Notes under the pieces: model-generated
Databases searched by the model: none
Told to the model about the DNA's origin: nothing
Seen by the model: the letters and a program-made list of their open reading frames with translations, nothing else
Shown: one piece after another, positions 25,190 to 37,089 of the stretch
Numbering within the stretch: the first letter of the stretch is position 1
How the letters are laid out: each line of letters opens with the position of its first letter
Assembly (NCBI GenBank): GCA_052426225.1
Contig: JBNJNM010000006.1
Span: forward strand, 310,001-374,000
Origin: Zancudomyces culisetae HAW-14-8
Taxonomy: Eukaryota > Fungi > Kickxellomycota
Length of the DNA stretch: 64,000 nt
Direction: 5' to 3'
Position numbers and translations under genes: made by a program

Positions 25190-25452
25190 AAGAATGAACT
25201 TAGGAGGGCGCTAACGTCTTGGGCCGCACAATCACGTGATTCGAATTAACTGCTCGAGATCCCGAAGGAGTTATCGGAGAGGTGAAACGGTCCGGTACTA
25301 GTCCCGAAGGACGTTATCGCGCACATTGGCCCCGTGAAACATCTCATCCACTCTACAGCTAATTACTTCCCAATTACGGTCTTACAGCGAAGGATCGAAC
25401 CAGGGTCCTGCAGAATACAAGTTCGACGCCTTAGCCACTCGACTATAAGCTC
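25190..25452 (-). ncRNA. Putative Pol III ncRNA: tRNA-like head (A and B boxes), ~179-nt structured body, oligo-T terminator
   Basis: A box TAGTCGAGTGG (25445-25435), B box GGTTCGATCC (25401-25392), two cUUCGg hairpins, no T4 run until ~25191; homolog at 33149-33319. Confidence 0.65.
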
Positions 25453-26379
25453 ACATTTTTGTCCAAGATATTATTTTTATATATTTAATATATTCTTTGA
25501 AGGGGGGATAATGTCAGAATCGCATTATTTACCCATATGTTTTAATATATATTTTTAATCATATTTAATTACCTTTGAATCATAACTTGGGAACATTATG
25601 TTTCCCAACTTAAATAAATTAGTTTCCTGACAATTATATAGCTAGAAATTTAAATATTGGCCATATAGTTAATGATATTAATAGTTTATATATATTTTAT
25701 GTAAAATATTTATGATTAACTACGTGATAAAATATTATATGTTTGTGGCCTAGATATATTTCAAAAATAAAATAAATATTTGTATCATACACAGTTGTCA
25801 AGTCCATACCTGGACTTACTATTAGTTGATTAAATTAATGTTATATTATCAAAAAACTTTGATTATTTTATAATTTAAATGATTTTAAATATCAATTCTT
25901 TAAAATGATAATATATTTATAAATATATAAAAGTAAGATATTTATACATTTATCAAGATACAAGCAAACCCATAAATTATTATGTCGGCAAAAAGCAAAA
26001 AAAAAGAAAACAAAAATAAAAATCTATATTAACAAAGTCATAGCGTTAAATAAGAGTTCTGATGATATTTTAAAAATTCAATTTAAAGAATATTATTCTC
26101 TATGTGTTTTTATATAATAATTATATTTAATTTATATACCTATTCATTTGAAATTTCATCTCAATCTCCAAAGATCAAAAAAAATAGAGTAAATAAGAAA
26201 AGATCTAAGTAATCTTCGTAGATGAACTTAGATTGAGACAAGATCGCGAGCATTCTTAACAGATGAAAGAAGATTATGTTGAGATGAGATTAACTGAATT
26301 TTAACATATAAACCTAGGTTGTGACTAGATTGGAAGTATTCTGTTCAAATTTTGGAAGATTAGGAGAATCGGGAAAATA

Positions 26380-28200
26380 TATTTCGGATAGAAAACCAAT
26401 TCTGTCAGATAGGAACGAGATTGTCGAGATAGTCGGTAAAACGAATCGAAAACCGAACGAGACAATCAGTAACCTTGCGACACGACTTCATCGATGCTTG
26501 CGCCAGCCTCTGTTGCTAATGTCAAACCTAATGTGCGGGCCTTCGGTCTCTTTTCACCTTCAGGTATAATTAGCAAATCTAAAAAGTAATTTATTCTTTT
26601 ACTTATCCTTTGAGAAGTTACCTGTTTGTTTGTATCTATAAGACTTCTAATTAAATAAACTTATCTTATTCTTTGTATTCCTTCTGTGTTCTTTGAGATG
26701 AATAATGCTTCCTTCCCTATTTTAGTAATATTGTCAAGATCTGGAGTCTGATGAGTTATATTAATTATTATAAATGTTATTGTATGAATGTATACAAGAT
26801 ACTAGCTACTGAATCCAAGACATGAAAATTGTACTCTTTTTATACTTTTTTCCAGCCTTGGTTTTTGAACAAAATAACTAGAAAACTGCGGAATAGCTAA
26901 ATATCCAAGCTAAAGAAAAACGTGTTTGATTACTAATCCAATTTGATTAGTAATCAAACAAAAATCAAACTCGAATGAAAATAAAATTCAACATGTGTAA
27001 ATTATTACGTAAGAAAAATTAAGAAATAAAGTGAATTTTCGGTAATGTTCTAGAATGTTTCCAGACATTCTAAACATTACTGCGAATAAAATCAAATGAT
27101 TCTAGAACGTTTTCAACATTCTAGAATCAGTTCATGACACAGATGGCCAAGAGGAAACAGAGCTTGGAAGTCAGTTTGTCTAAGGACATAGAAGGGTTAG
27201 GTCCATAAGACTTTATTTCCTCGATTATAGGTGTCTATTCATAGCAGTTTGAAGCTAAATTCATAGTTTTTGTTGTAACTATAGATTTTATGAAGTCGTT
27301 AAATAAATCATTGAAATAGACCTGCTTATGTCCAATGAGTTGATGATGGCAGTGGAATAATTCCGGATAGTGCCACAAGACCAATTATTTTTATAATGAC
27401 CTATGGATAAAAAGTTAATAAGATCAGCAGACTAGATATCAGATACCATTAAGCTGTGATCATGGCAATACTTCAGGAAACGGTTTTGAATGTAAGCGTA
27501 ACGAGTCTCTAGGTGCTGCTGATTGTAGTTACTAGAGAGGATGGCTCGGGCTAGGTCGTTAAGACCTTTCTGGTCATACCGTGACCGCTTAATCGCCAAG
27601 CGGTGAGCATCCAGCTCTTGTTGGCGTTCATCAACCGCTTTTCGCTTTTCGGGTCGGCTAATACCTGGTGGGCTGGGATTGGTAACGGCTTCTGGACTAA
27701 TAGTTTCAGTAGGACGGAAACCACAGGGCAGACTTCCAGAAGGGGGTAATCAGGGTTATTGTTTGTTTTTCCCTTTTGATCATCTTGATGACTTGCGGGA
27801 TCAAGTTCCATGGGGGACACGCATACGGGTTGGTCCAAAATTTCCAGTGATGCTGGAATGCGTTTGTCTGAGACGCCAGAGGGTCCGGATACCAACTGAC
27901 AAACGCCGGAACCTTCCTGTTCTGTCTCGTAGCAAATAAATCTACGTCTTGGGGACCGAACCGGTGGTCGATCTTGTGGAACATGGGATTGGAGATTTCC
28001 CATTCCACTTGAGCCGTCAACCGGGAGGGCGCATCCGCAGCGTTGATGGCTGATGGGATGTAATTTATTTGGGGTTTCGTGCTCGTGGTGAGACAGTGGT
28101 TTCAAATTTCTTCCGTAACTTCCAGTAACAGGGATAAACGGAAACCTCTCATATTCGTAATGTAAGCAATCGTCGCATTGTTGTCGAAATACAACAAAAA
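26380..28200 (-). mobile_element. Second DIRS element, 3' portion (RNase H end, methyltransferase, YR), decayed
   Basis: DLFAT, CPPWNLI, WMLTAWRLS; YR text YLIRSL..SQRISK..RPKARTLG..FDSFYRLSR at 26400-26660. Confidence 0.88.
26732..27139 (-). mobile_element. Solo LTR inserted in the DIRS YR gene (family of 63447-63858)
   Basis: Highly similar inverted copy of 63447-63858; no TSD, adjacent YR sequence deleted. Confidence 0.85.
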
Positions 28201-28511
28201 GCTCCTTTATACAACTTAAGGAAGCTTTAGTGCTTATTTTTGGCATGTTTCATTACATTATTGGATATTTAGTGTCTGAGTTAGCCTTATTCCGATACTT
28301 ATTTTATCATATTTAATACTTTCTAATAATTTTATGATAATATTTTTTGAGGTAACAAAAAAAATTCACTAATTATATTTATTATATAATCGAGATTTAG
28401 ATATGAAGAGAATTATAAACTTTGATATTTTAGAGATATCATTTGATAATTCAATATAGTGTAGTGGTTTGACACTTGGCCATTATTAAATTTTGTAAAT
28501 ATTAATATCTA

Positions 28512-28943
28512 CTGTCGTATAATGGGTATACGACAGAAAATCATTAAGTAATTTTTATAGTATATATTTATTATATATATTATTATATATATTTAATATA
28601 TATTATTCAACCTATTAACTTAAGTATAAACTATATAAGTTTTTATACATGTATCTGTTGATATATAAATTGCTATGTGTAGAATTATAATATATAATAG
28701 ATTGATTTTATAGTGTAAACAAAACCCTATTAGGAAATAATTTGTGCAATAAATTAGTTAATACTATAGCAAAGTAATATTAGTATAAACGTGTACCCTT
28801 CCAAAATTATATTTTTAGAAAGTAAAATATAGATAAAATATTAGTTTAAATAAAAATAACAATAAATCTAATAACTGCTACGATAGCGAGCAAGATAATA
28901 TCCCTGAAACAGCACTATATAGTTGGATATTATAAAACACAAC
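28512..28943. mobile_element. Old solo LTR
   Basis: TGTCGTAT...CACAACA termini; similar to 9329-9750. Confidence 0.55.
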
Positions 28944-29399
28944 ATTATAGTATTTAGGTTTAAACTGTGTATTTAGTACTGATATTGATATATTCATAAA
29001 TAATTTTAGTTTGCTATACAGATATTGTAAACTTACGAATTACTATCCATATTAAGTCTATATGAATACTTTAAATAATATTGAAAAAATTATAATCTAA
29101 ATTTACAACAAATACATAAAGTTCAGTTTAGCGTATAGAATAGATTAAACTATACTAGTTAAATCGATAATTGAAATTTATCCATTTAACTTTCATATGT
29201 TTCTTCATCCTATCGCTGAGTACATTATATAAAATGATTTTATACTATATAATTTAATATGTTTTCTAGTGTTAGGAATGGTTTTATCCTGGAACAACAA
29301 TATAGTTTAAATTATTGTTAAATAATTAAAAATATATATTAGTTCCTAATTCGTCATGAAATTAAAAATTTGTCATTATAACTAGTTATTAAATTTTAT

Positions 29400-31230
29400 G
29401 TGAATAATTTACATTTATGGGCTTGAATATACGAACGAAAAATCAAACAATTCTTAGAATTATAAATCGAGATTAAATAATTTATAAAATTTTTAGTAAT
29501 TTAATGAGAACCAGTATGTATCGAATAGTCTAACACGAATGCATATAATAAAATCATATCTATTAATTAAGGAATGAAATTGTTTCGGATAAGTTAAATA
29601 ATCTTATGATTAATTTAATCAATATGTTCTATGTTAAAATTGATAAATATAATTACTCAAAAATCATTAAATAAAAACTATGTATAATGATAAATACATT
29701 CTGATATAATTGATAATCTAAATTCATAACAAAATTTATTTGCTAAATTCATGTTAAAATCGATAATGATAATGTTAAGTTTAGCGATAAGTAGATACTT
29801 TACAAATTTCAATTTTACATATTCAAATTTTATAGCTAAAATTTATTATGTTTAAGTTTTTGATCATAGTAAAATACTGTGATAAAATTTTATAAAACAC
29901 TTCGAAATTCCGTTGGGATACATCGAGATAAATATATATTTATTAACACATCTAATATTATATTTTTCTAAATACCGACTTCTACCTAAAAATATTAATC
30001 AAGCATAACTAATCCACGGTCCAAGTTATAAGCAGCTCTTGTTTATAACACTTCGTCGCAATATATTTATAGATCCCATGTCCTAATTTGTTTGTAATAC
30101 AGTAAGCACCTGTATTCCGTTCATCAAAATTCCTAGAATATCTTTATTATTATTAAGAACTTGAACTCCTAAGTTAAATGACCTTTTTCTTATATGCTTG
30201 TTGTATCTTTTCTTGTCTATTAATTTTATTTTTGGGTTCTAATAGAATGATTTTTTTCTATATCCGTTTATGTTTTTCTAAAAATGTTGAAGTTTATAGT
30301 TCTGTTATCATCCGCTTGTATGTTATATTGGTTCCAAATTGCAGGAATATTTAACTTTTGTCCGTGGACCAACTCCGCAGAACTTTGTCCTATGCTCTTA
30401 TGTTGGACGGTTCTCATTGCCAACAGAGCTCGCCAATTATAAGTATCCCATTTTCCTGGTTTCAAAGGAATAAATTTCCTTGATATTGTTAGCGAATTCC
30501 AGGTTCCAGTTCGCTATTGTGTAAAAAATATATTTATTTGATAGAAAAACTATACTATGTACTAATGTTGTTAAGTTTTCATTATAGTAACTATAACTTT
30601 AATAAATAGACCAAACTTGTATTTTACGTGTTTATTTGATGATGTTTAAACTATCTGAATAACTATCATATTTATAATTTTTTAAAACAACTATTAAACT
30701 TAAAACCTAATATATTTTAAACTTAAAACCTAATATATTTTAAACTTAAAACTATACTATTTAAAATAAAAATCTAGAATGTTGCTGTAGAAAAATTCCA
30801 GAAGGATAAATAAACAGGCAACACATAATATACTAAATAACATAAAATAAATATTATCTTATATAAGAGATAAACCTAAATATTAATAAATAGAAATAAA
30901 TATGTAATTGGTAAGTTATTATTATATAATGTCTAGTGGTAGCTCTAGCCACTATATAACAATATATGCTTAATTCTTATAATAGTTATTTCGGTCTGAC
31001 CGGTCGATTGTGGCATGTACGCAACTATTTGTTTATGGTTTATGCATAAATTTTATTAAAAAGGCTCACTACTTCACCCGTGAAGTGTGTACCACGATCT
31101 GTAATAATTGCCGTAGGTACTCCAAATCTTGAAACAATTTCGTCTACGATTACAGCGCAAGTAGTGTCGCTGTTTGCTGCTTTTGTCACTATGGCTATTG
31201 GCCATTTGGTATAATAGTCAACAGAAACGT
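29400..31230 (-). mobile_element. Gypsy integrase remnant plus decayed 3' LTR
   Basis: VDYYTKWP, SRFGVPTAIITDRG, ALLAMRT; 29880-30395 nearly identical to reverse complement of 3930-4430. Confidence 0.8.
30487..30961. mobile_element. Solo LTR with 4-bp TSD ATAT (family of 47178-47632)
   Basis: TGTTAG...TATAACA termini; near-identical to 47178-47632 plus a short tandem duplication. Confidence 0.9.
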
Positions 31231-31784
31231 ATATACAGAACTCAAAAAAACTTTCGAATGATATTGATTACGTATTATACAATGTAATATCTCTTATATT
31301 TCTAATCGTATTAATTTTAATTAACAATTTTAATTAATATTATTGCTCTAACACGTATAAATATTATAAAAATTTTTAACGAATTAATATTAATTCGTAT
31401 TTATGTTTATAATATTAACGTATAATATTATTGTAGAAAATAACTAAAAAAATTTAGGCATAATTATTTGTAAATTTATCTATTGTCAAATATTAGTTAT
31501 AAGGTGTTATATTACGTATAACATATTTATTATATATGAAACCAAAGTTTGATAATTTAGGATATAAAAATTAAACATAAAAATATTATACTAATAAATA
31601 TTAAGTCATAAACTATAGTAATGGAATCTCGTATGGAAGTATTGCTTTATCTATTAATATAAGCCTTAGTTCTATTATTTTTTAATAATATATCTAATAT
31701 ATTTCAATAATAAATAAGTCCTAAAAGCCGAAATATTAGGAAACTCAAATGAGAAGTTGATAATTGAATATATAATTCATGAAA

Positions 31785-32220
31785 ATTTGATACAGCGACA
31801 TAGCTACAAATTTCTCAAGGATATGGCCTCGTAACTATGTTACTTCAAGCAGTGCGAAATAGCTTGAATATTAATGGTTTTTATGCAAAACCTAAGGTCA
31901 AAAAACCTATGCTAAAATTAGGCCATATTAAACATCATGCATTTGCTAAAAAATATCAGCATTGGACTGTGGAAGACTGGAAACGTGTGATATGGCCAGA
32001 CGTGACTAAAATTAATAGATTTAGGTCAATGGGCGTATGTGGTGCTGGAAAAAACAAGGGAGCCAGTTAAAACCGAACCATGTTAAAAAACTATAAAACA
32101 TGGTGGAGGTTCAATCATGATATGGGGATGCATGACTTCAGAAGGTCCAGGATATCTTACTATAATTGATTGCGGACTTAATGCAGAATTGTACTGTGAT
32201 ATTCTTGAAGACGAACTGGT
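31785..32220 (+). mobile_element. Tc1 fragment (same family as 6420-8018); its right end resumes at 39966-40216
   Basis: Near-identical to 6985-7428; right TIR found after the LTR ending at 39965. Confidence 0.88.
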
Positions 32221-32372
32221 TGTCACAGAACGAGTTTTATTAGTTATACAGGTTGTAATTATGAAGGAATTACAGCTAGGCAAATGTTATTAATTAAATA
32301 CTAATTAAATATTAGATAAATGTTATAGTAGGTTAGATTTCATCTGATTGTCCATGACATTATCCCCCTTTT
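32221..32372 (-). mobile_element. 3' LTR (32221-32359) and PPT of a truncated chromovirus
   Basis: TGTCAC...CATGACA termini, related to 39827-39965; PPT AAAAGGGGGATAA on minus strand. Confidence 0.8.
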
Positions 32373-32388
32373 AAAACCATTACAAAAG

Positions 32389-32622
32389 TGTCGTATAGTA
32401 AACTATACTGAAGAGTTGTCCCAATTATATTGGTTAGTTTTGTTTATGTATTTTATAGAATTGGTTTAAATATGTTTGAATAGAATTAATAAATAAATGG
32501 TCCTTTTCCACAGATAAAAAATAAATATATAAAATTATATAATATTGAAATTGACCCGTCCCGTGTAGTACTTGGTAGCGAAAGTTACTAAGTAGGACGT
32601 TAAGCATTTTCACTACACGACA
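32389..32622. mobile_element. Solo LTR with 4-bp TSD AAAG
   Basis: TGTCGTAT...ACACGACA termini, exact TSD. Confidence 0.88.
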
Positions 32623-32629
32623 AAAGTGA

Positions 32630-32707
32630 TTGTGTTTGGCCTAGACATAGGCTTCTCGCACTTTGCCATTTGGCCCGGGTTCGAATCCCGTTGATTTCGA
32701 TCCTCGG
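32630..32707 (+). promoter_or_regulatory. tRNA-like Pol III promoter remnant in chromovirus 3' UTR (antisense to element)
   Basis: A-box-like TGGCCTAG at 32637 and B box GGTTCGAATCC in a CGGG/CCCG T-arm; cloverleaf not intact. Confidence 0.6.
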
Positions 32708-32824
32708 TGTCAGGAAACTAATTATTTAAGTTGGGTAACTTAATGTTCCCAAGTTAGGATACAAAGGTTATAAATATGATGAAAATATATATTAAAAATT
32801 ATGGGTAAATAATCGATTCTGACA
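32708..32824 (-). mobile_element. Solo LTR of the 20019 chromovirus family, TSD CTCGG
   Basis: Inverted similarity to 20019-20139; exact 5-bp TSD. Confidence 0.9.
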
Positions 32825-33064
32825 CTCGGTGTAATTAATTGGTCACAGAACGAGATTTATTGAATAAACAAGTTGTAATTCTTAGAGAATTACAACGAAG
32901 CATAAACGAAATGATTAAATAGAACATAAAATATTAAGAATATTATGAGTAATATGAAGTAATATTATTGGCTATATCATTATCCCTCTCCCATAATTAT
33001 AAATATTTTCTTTTAAACTACTATGTATGTAGAGAAATTTTGTATTAAAATAAATTATTTAATA

Positions 33065-34620
33065 TTTTTTTTTATTATATATAGTTTGTAAATAAAAAAT
33101 ATATAACAATCGAATAAAGCGATATTCGACTTCTATTTATTAATTGAAGCTAACGTTGTGAGCCATACCATTCGGTAATTCGCGCATCAGTAACGGCTTC
33201 CTAAAGGAAATTTAGAAGAGGTGGGAGGCTCCGGTGCTCGCTTGCGCTTGCGCACATTAACCGCCTATAACCATACATTCTTACCAGCTGATTCGTCTTC
33301 TCCCTGACGATCTTACAGCAAACTCGCTTTATTTTTAAGCGAGTTGGTTCGATTTTAATATTTCATTTCGCCAGGGGGAAGTTGGCATATTTATACATTT
33401 TTTTAAAATTTAGTAAAAAATATTTCAAATTAGTATATTTTACTTTTTCAATTTTTTATTTTTAATTTTTTGAAAATGTGTTTAATTATAGTTCATATAT
33501 AAATAAATTACTAAAAAAGTTCGAATATTCCCTGTCTTCCAAAAAAATAAAAATCTCGAAACATTATAGTATAGTACGCTCAAAATTAAGTATAGGTATT
33601 GTAAATCGAGAACTGCTTCGACTATTCGACTAGATATTCATCACCTGGGTCAAAAGAGAACCAGGAACATTTGACCTTAAGCCATGTTCGCTTGAATTTG
33701 TTAAGCGTTTGGTTTTGGTAATCTTGACTAATCTTTTCGCGGAGTAAGCCTTCGAAGCGGTGAAATAGTTCAGCTCCATTCAGGTTAGTATTTGACAGTG
33801 AGCTTTCGGAACGTGCACGGTATATATTTCGTAGTGCTAGTGCGTGAATTGTATTACTTGCAGGTATTGTTCCTTTGTATTTATTTAACATTCCATAAAT
33901 ATCCTTTATGTTCAACTCTGTTGTGTTTTCTAATCTTTTTTTGGCTACTCCTTTTTCAATAAACTTTTTTACCATATTCCAGTATTCTTGTATGCGTTTA
34001 CATTCGTAAAATATATGTTTATAATCTTCATTTGGTTCTTTACAGTAACTACACCTACTGTCCCTATATATGTTGTTATTGTCTTTGTTCCACATGCCGA
34101 TATCTTTTCCTGAGATTATCCCTCCATGATACATCATTCTTAAGAAACTTTTTATCTTAGGTTGTACGTTTAATTTCCGTATATTTTTCCAATTGAACCC
34201 CTCAATATCTTCATCTTCTACCCCCATTTTCTTAAGGTTTGGCTTGGCCCCCTGTCTATATCTATCTCCATCGTTTGCCCTTCCTGGTATTGTCTTGCCA
34301 TCTTTGTAGTATATACCCATTTTGTGTTACCACAGATTATGATTTTTCCTTTGGGTATCTTCACTTGATTTTCGCTTTTTTCGGTACCAAATAATTTTTT
34401 TTCCTCAATTTTGTTTAGCCTAAACTCTCTCCTTTTTTTCCAATTTCGATTTCGTATTTTGATAAATCATCGTTACTCTAAATTTTTTTACAATTACCGA
34501 AGAACTCGGATACATTTTATATACCCAATTGCTTCAAAAATAATTTATCTTATTTGTACAGTGATTATCAATCATATTCTTTACAAAATTAACGCTTAGA
34601 ACGTTTTAATCATTATATCC
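33065..34620 (-). mobile_element. 5'-truncated non-LTR retrotransposon (L1/Tx1-like ORF2 C-terminus with zf-RVT), 3' UTR and A-tail
   Basis: ORF 33622-34320 with W..I....VQPKIKSFL and CSYC....EDYKHIFYEC..IQEYW; T9 run at 33065-33073. Confidence 0.8.
33149..33319 (-). ncRNA. Second copy of the conserved structured RNA motif
   Basis: Collinear conserved blocks with 25210-25388 and compensatory stem changes. Confidence 0.65.
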
Positions 34621-36310
34621 CCAATTTTTAACGTTTGTAATATCGATTTTATTGAATTTTTTGTATAAATTGGCAAATTTTGACCAGAAAAATTCCGTTT
34701 TGGCACATTTTGAGTCATTTTTTTACTGAAAAATGCGTCTGCGTGCACAATATCACCGCTATCATATTTTTATGAAATAATTGCAAAGTTAAATATGATT
34801 CCGCTATTTCTTTCCACAAAAATTTGCAATTATCAATATAATCCATTTACCTCGAAATAAAATCAAATCTTCATTTGAAAAATAAGGAATTCAACTGGGA
34901 ATCAATTGGGATTAGTCCCCTGCTATGAATTCCTTGACTGAACGATGCATGTGAGGTAACCAGAAGTCTAATTTCAGTAGTTCAACTGTCTTTTTGTATC
35001 CATAGTGACCTGTTAAACTGCTATCATGCCTTGAGCTGATCACTTTGAAAACTGATGCTTTAAGTACCACTACTAAATTTCCCAGAGTAATGAGATTGTC
35101 TGGTGTTGATACTACAGCGAGATGTTTTTTAGCTGCATCTGTTTCTGCCCTTTTAGTTAATTCTATTCGCTCGTTTTGTGTTTGTAGGACGAGATCATAT
35201 AGGAGAAACTGATTGGTGGTTATTAGACTGTCGATAAAAACTGAGGCTGGGAGTATTGTTTTGTCTTGTAAGGCGCGGTCATGATCCAAGTAACGTGATA
35301 AAGTGTCTTGTTTTCCACCAAGCTTTCCTGGCCTATAGGTGATCACAAAGTCGTATCTGCTGAACTCCAATGACCATCTTGCGTGGCGTCTATTGAGTAC
35401 CTTTGAGGTTTTGAAAGTCTCCAGGTTCTTGTGGTCTGTCAAAACGATGAACTGGTGTTGAGCTCCTTCTAGGTAGTGTCTCCATTCCTTAAGTGCCTTT
35501 ACTATTCCTAATAGCTCCTTATCATAAACATTGTAGTTTAGTTCTGCTGCCTTGAGCTTGTAAGAGTAATAAGCGCAGGGGCGGAAGTCACCTTTCTCAT
35601 CGGCTTGAGACAGAATTGCACCAATGGCATAGTCTGAGGCGTCTATCTCATTATGAACTGCTTACCGGGGTCAGGATACTGTAAAACGGGTGAAGTCGTG
35701 AGCATGGTTTTCAGTGTGTCATATGACTTTTGCTGATCAGGACCCCAAATAAACCTGGTGTCTTTCTTCAGCAGATTGGTCATCGGCAACGAAATCTGGG
35801 CATATTCAGGAATGAATTTCCGGTAATAGTTGGCGAATCCAAGGACTGACTGAATGTCCTTACAATCCTTTGGAACCTTCCATTTGTGGATTGACTGGAT
35901 CTTGGCGGGATCGGTACTGATTCCATTTGAAGTGACGCGGTGTCCTAAGAAATCCACTTCCTGTTTATGGAATTCGCATTTTTCCAAGTTGCAGTACAAT
36001 CCATTTGTTAACAATTTTGCCTAAACTTTATTGACATGAAAGATGTGGTCCTGGAAATTGTCGGAAAATATCAGAATGTCATCAAGGTAAGCGATGGCGT
36101 AACGATCAAGCACAACTCTTAGAACATCATTGATGAAATGTTGGAAAGTCGCGGGCGCATTTGTCAAGCCAAAAGGCATGACATTGTATTCAAAATGTCC
36201 ATAGCGGCATCTGAACGCGGTCTTCCATTCATCCCCCTTCCTGATCCTGACTCGATTATAAGCACCTTTCAAATCTAGTTTGGTGAAATATTTGGCAGAT
36301 CTAAGCCTAT

Positions 36311-37089
36311 TGTTATAAACAATGAGCTGCTTATAACTTGGCGTAGAGATTTGTTATGCTTGATTAATATTTATTTAGGGAGAAGTAAGTATTTAGAAAA
36401 ATATAATATTTGATGTGTTGATAAATATATATTTTTCTCTGATGTATCCCAACGGAATTTCGAAGGGTTTTAAAATTTTTCATCAGAGAATTTTACTGTG
36501 AAGAAAAACTTAAAGTCAATTAATATTAGCTATAAAATTTGTCTATGTAAAATTGAACTTAGTTTTAAGGTATCTACTTATTGTCAAACTTGTAATTTTC
36601 ATTTGTTGATTTTAACATAGATATGGTTTATCAATTTTAACATTGATTTAGTATATCAATTTTAACAATGATTTTGTTTATCGATTTTATCATGGTTTTT
36701 GTTTATCGATTTTAGCGTTGATATTGTTTATCGATTTTAGCATTGATTTTGTTTATCGATTTTATCATTGATTTTATTTATCAATTTTAGCGTTGATTTT
36801 ATTTATCAATTTTATCATGGATTTGGTTTATCCAATTTTTTTCATGGATTTGATTTATCCTATTTTTTCATGGATTTTTGTTAAATTTAATTATTGGAAA
36901 ATTTCTTGATTATGCTTGAAAATTATCCCAATAATAATATCAGAAAGTTCATGGTGAATTTTGCAAACATGATTCCAATGTCGGAATGGCATATTTGAAA
37001 AACGGAAATGAAAAAATAAAATAGGTTAGATTTTTAGTAGGCCAAAATGTAACTAAAAATTATGTTCCAGGAATTGGCCATTCCTAACA
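36311..37089. mobile_element. Solo LTR with internal ~21-bp tandem repeats, TSD CCTAT, inserted in RT
   Basis: TGTTATAA...CCTAACA termini, exact TSD; family also at 4273-4938 and 43935-44707. Confidence 0.92.

Larger units (their letters stand above)
20019..25632 (+). mobile_element. Full-length chromovirus (Ty3/Gypsy, Tf1/sushi-like), LTRs 20019-20139 and 25512-25632
   Basis: 121-bp LTRs differing at 5 positions, imperfect 5-bp TSD ATTTT/ATTAT, PPT GAAGGGGGGATAA, self-priming type PBS TTTTGGGAAACTT. Confidence 0.96.

Noticed and set aside
25210-25388. Resemblance to lariat-capping (GIR1) ribozyme ends or SRP Alu GCTGTAA start
   Set aside because: No group I P7 or SRP helix 8 core could be identified in both copies
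25385-25452. Functional tRNA-Thr(UGU) gene
   Set aside because: Acceptor, anticodon and T stems do not pair; only the promoter boxes are intact
33175-33195. Minimal hammerhead-like CTGATG..GAA on the minus strand
   Set aside because: Lacks the invariant CUGANGA and GAAA core and is absent from the homolog
33155-33242. 5S rRNA-like ends (GCCATACC ... TGGGAGGCTCCGGTGCT) on the plus strand
   Set aside because: Only ~85 nt, no C box, and not conserved in the 25.2-kb homolog; tetraloops favour the minus strand
36600-36880. ~21-bp tandem repeats (also 4560-4710 and 44215-44400) as a CRISPR-like array
   Set aside because: No unique spacers; degenerate tandem units internal to one LTR family in a eukaryotic context
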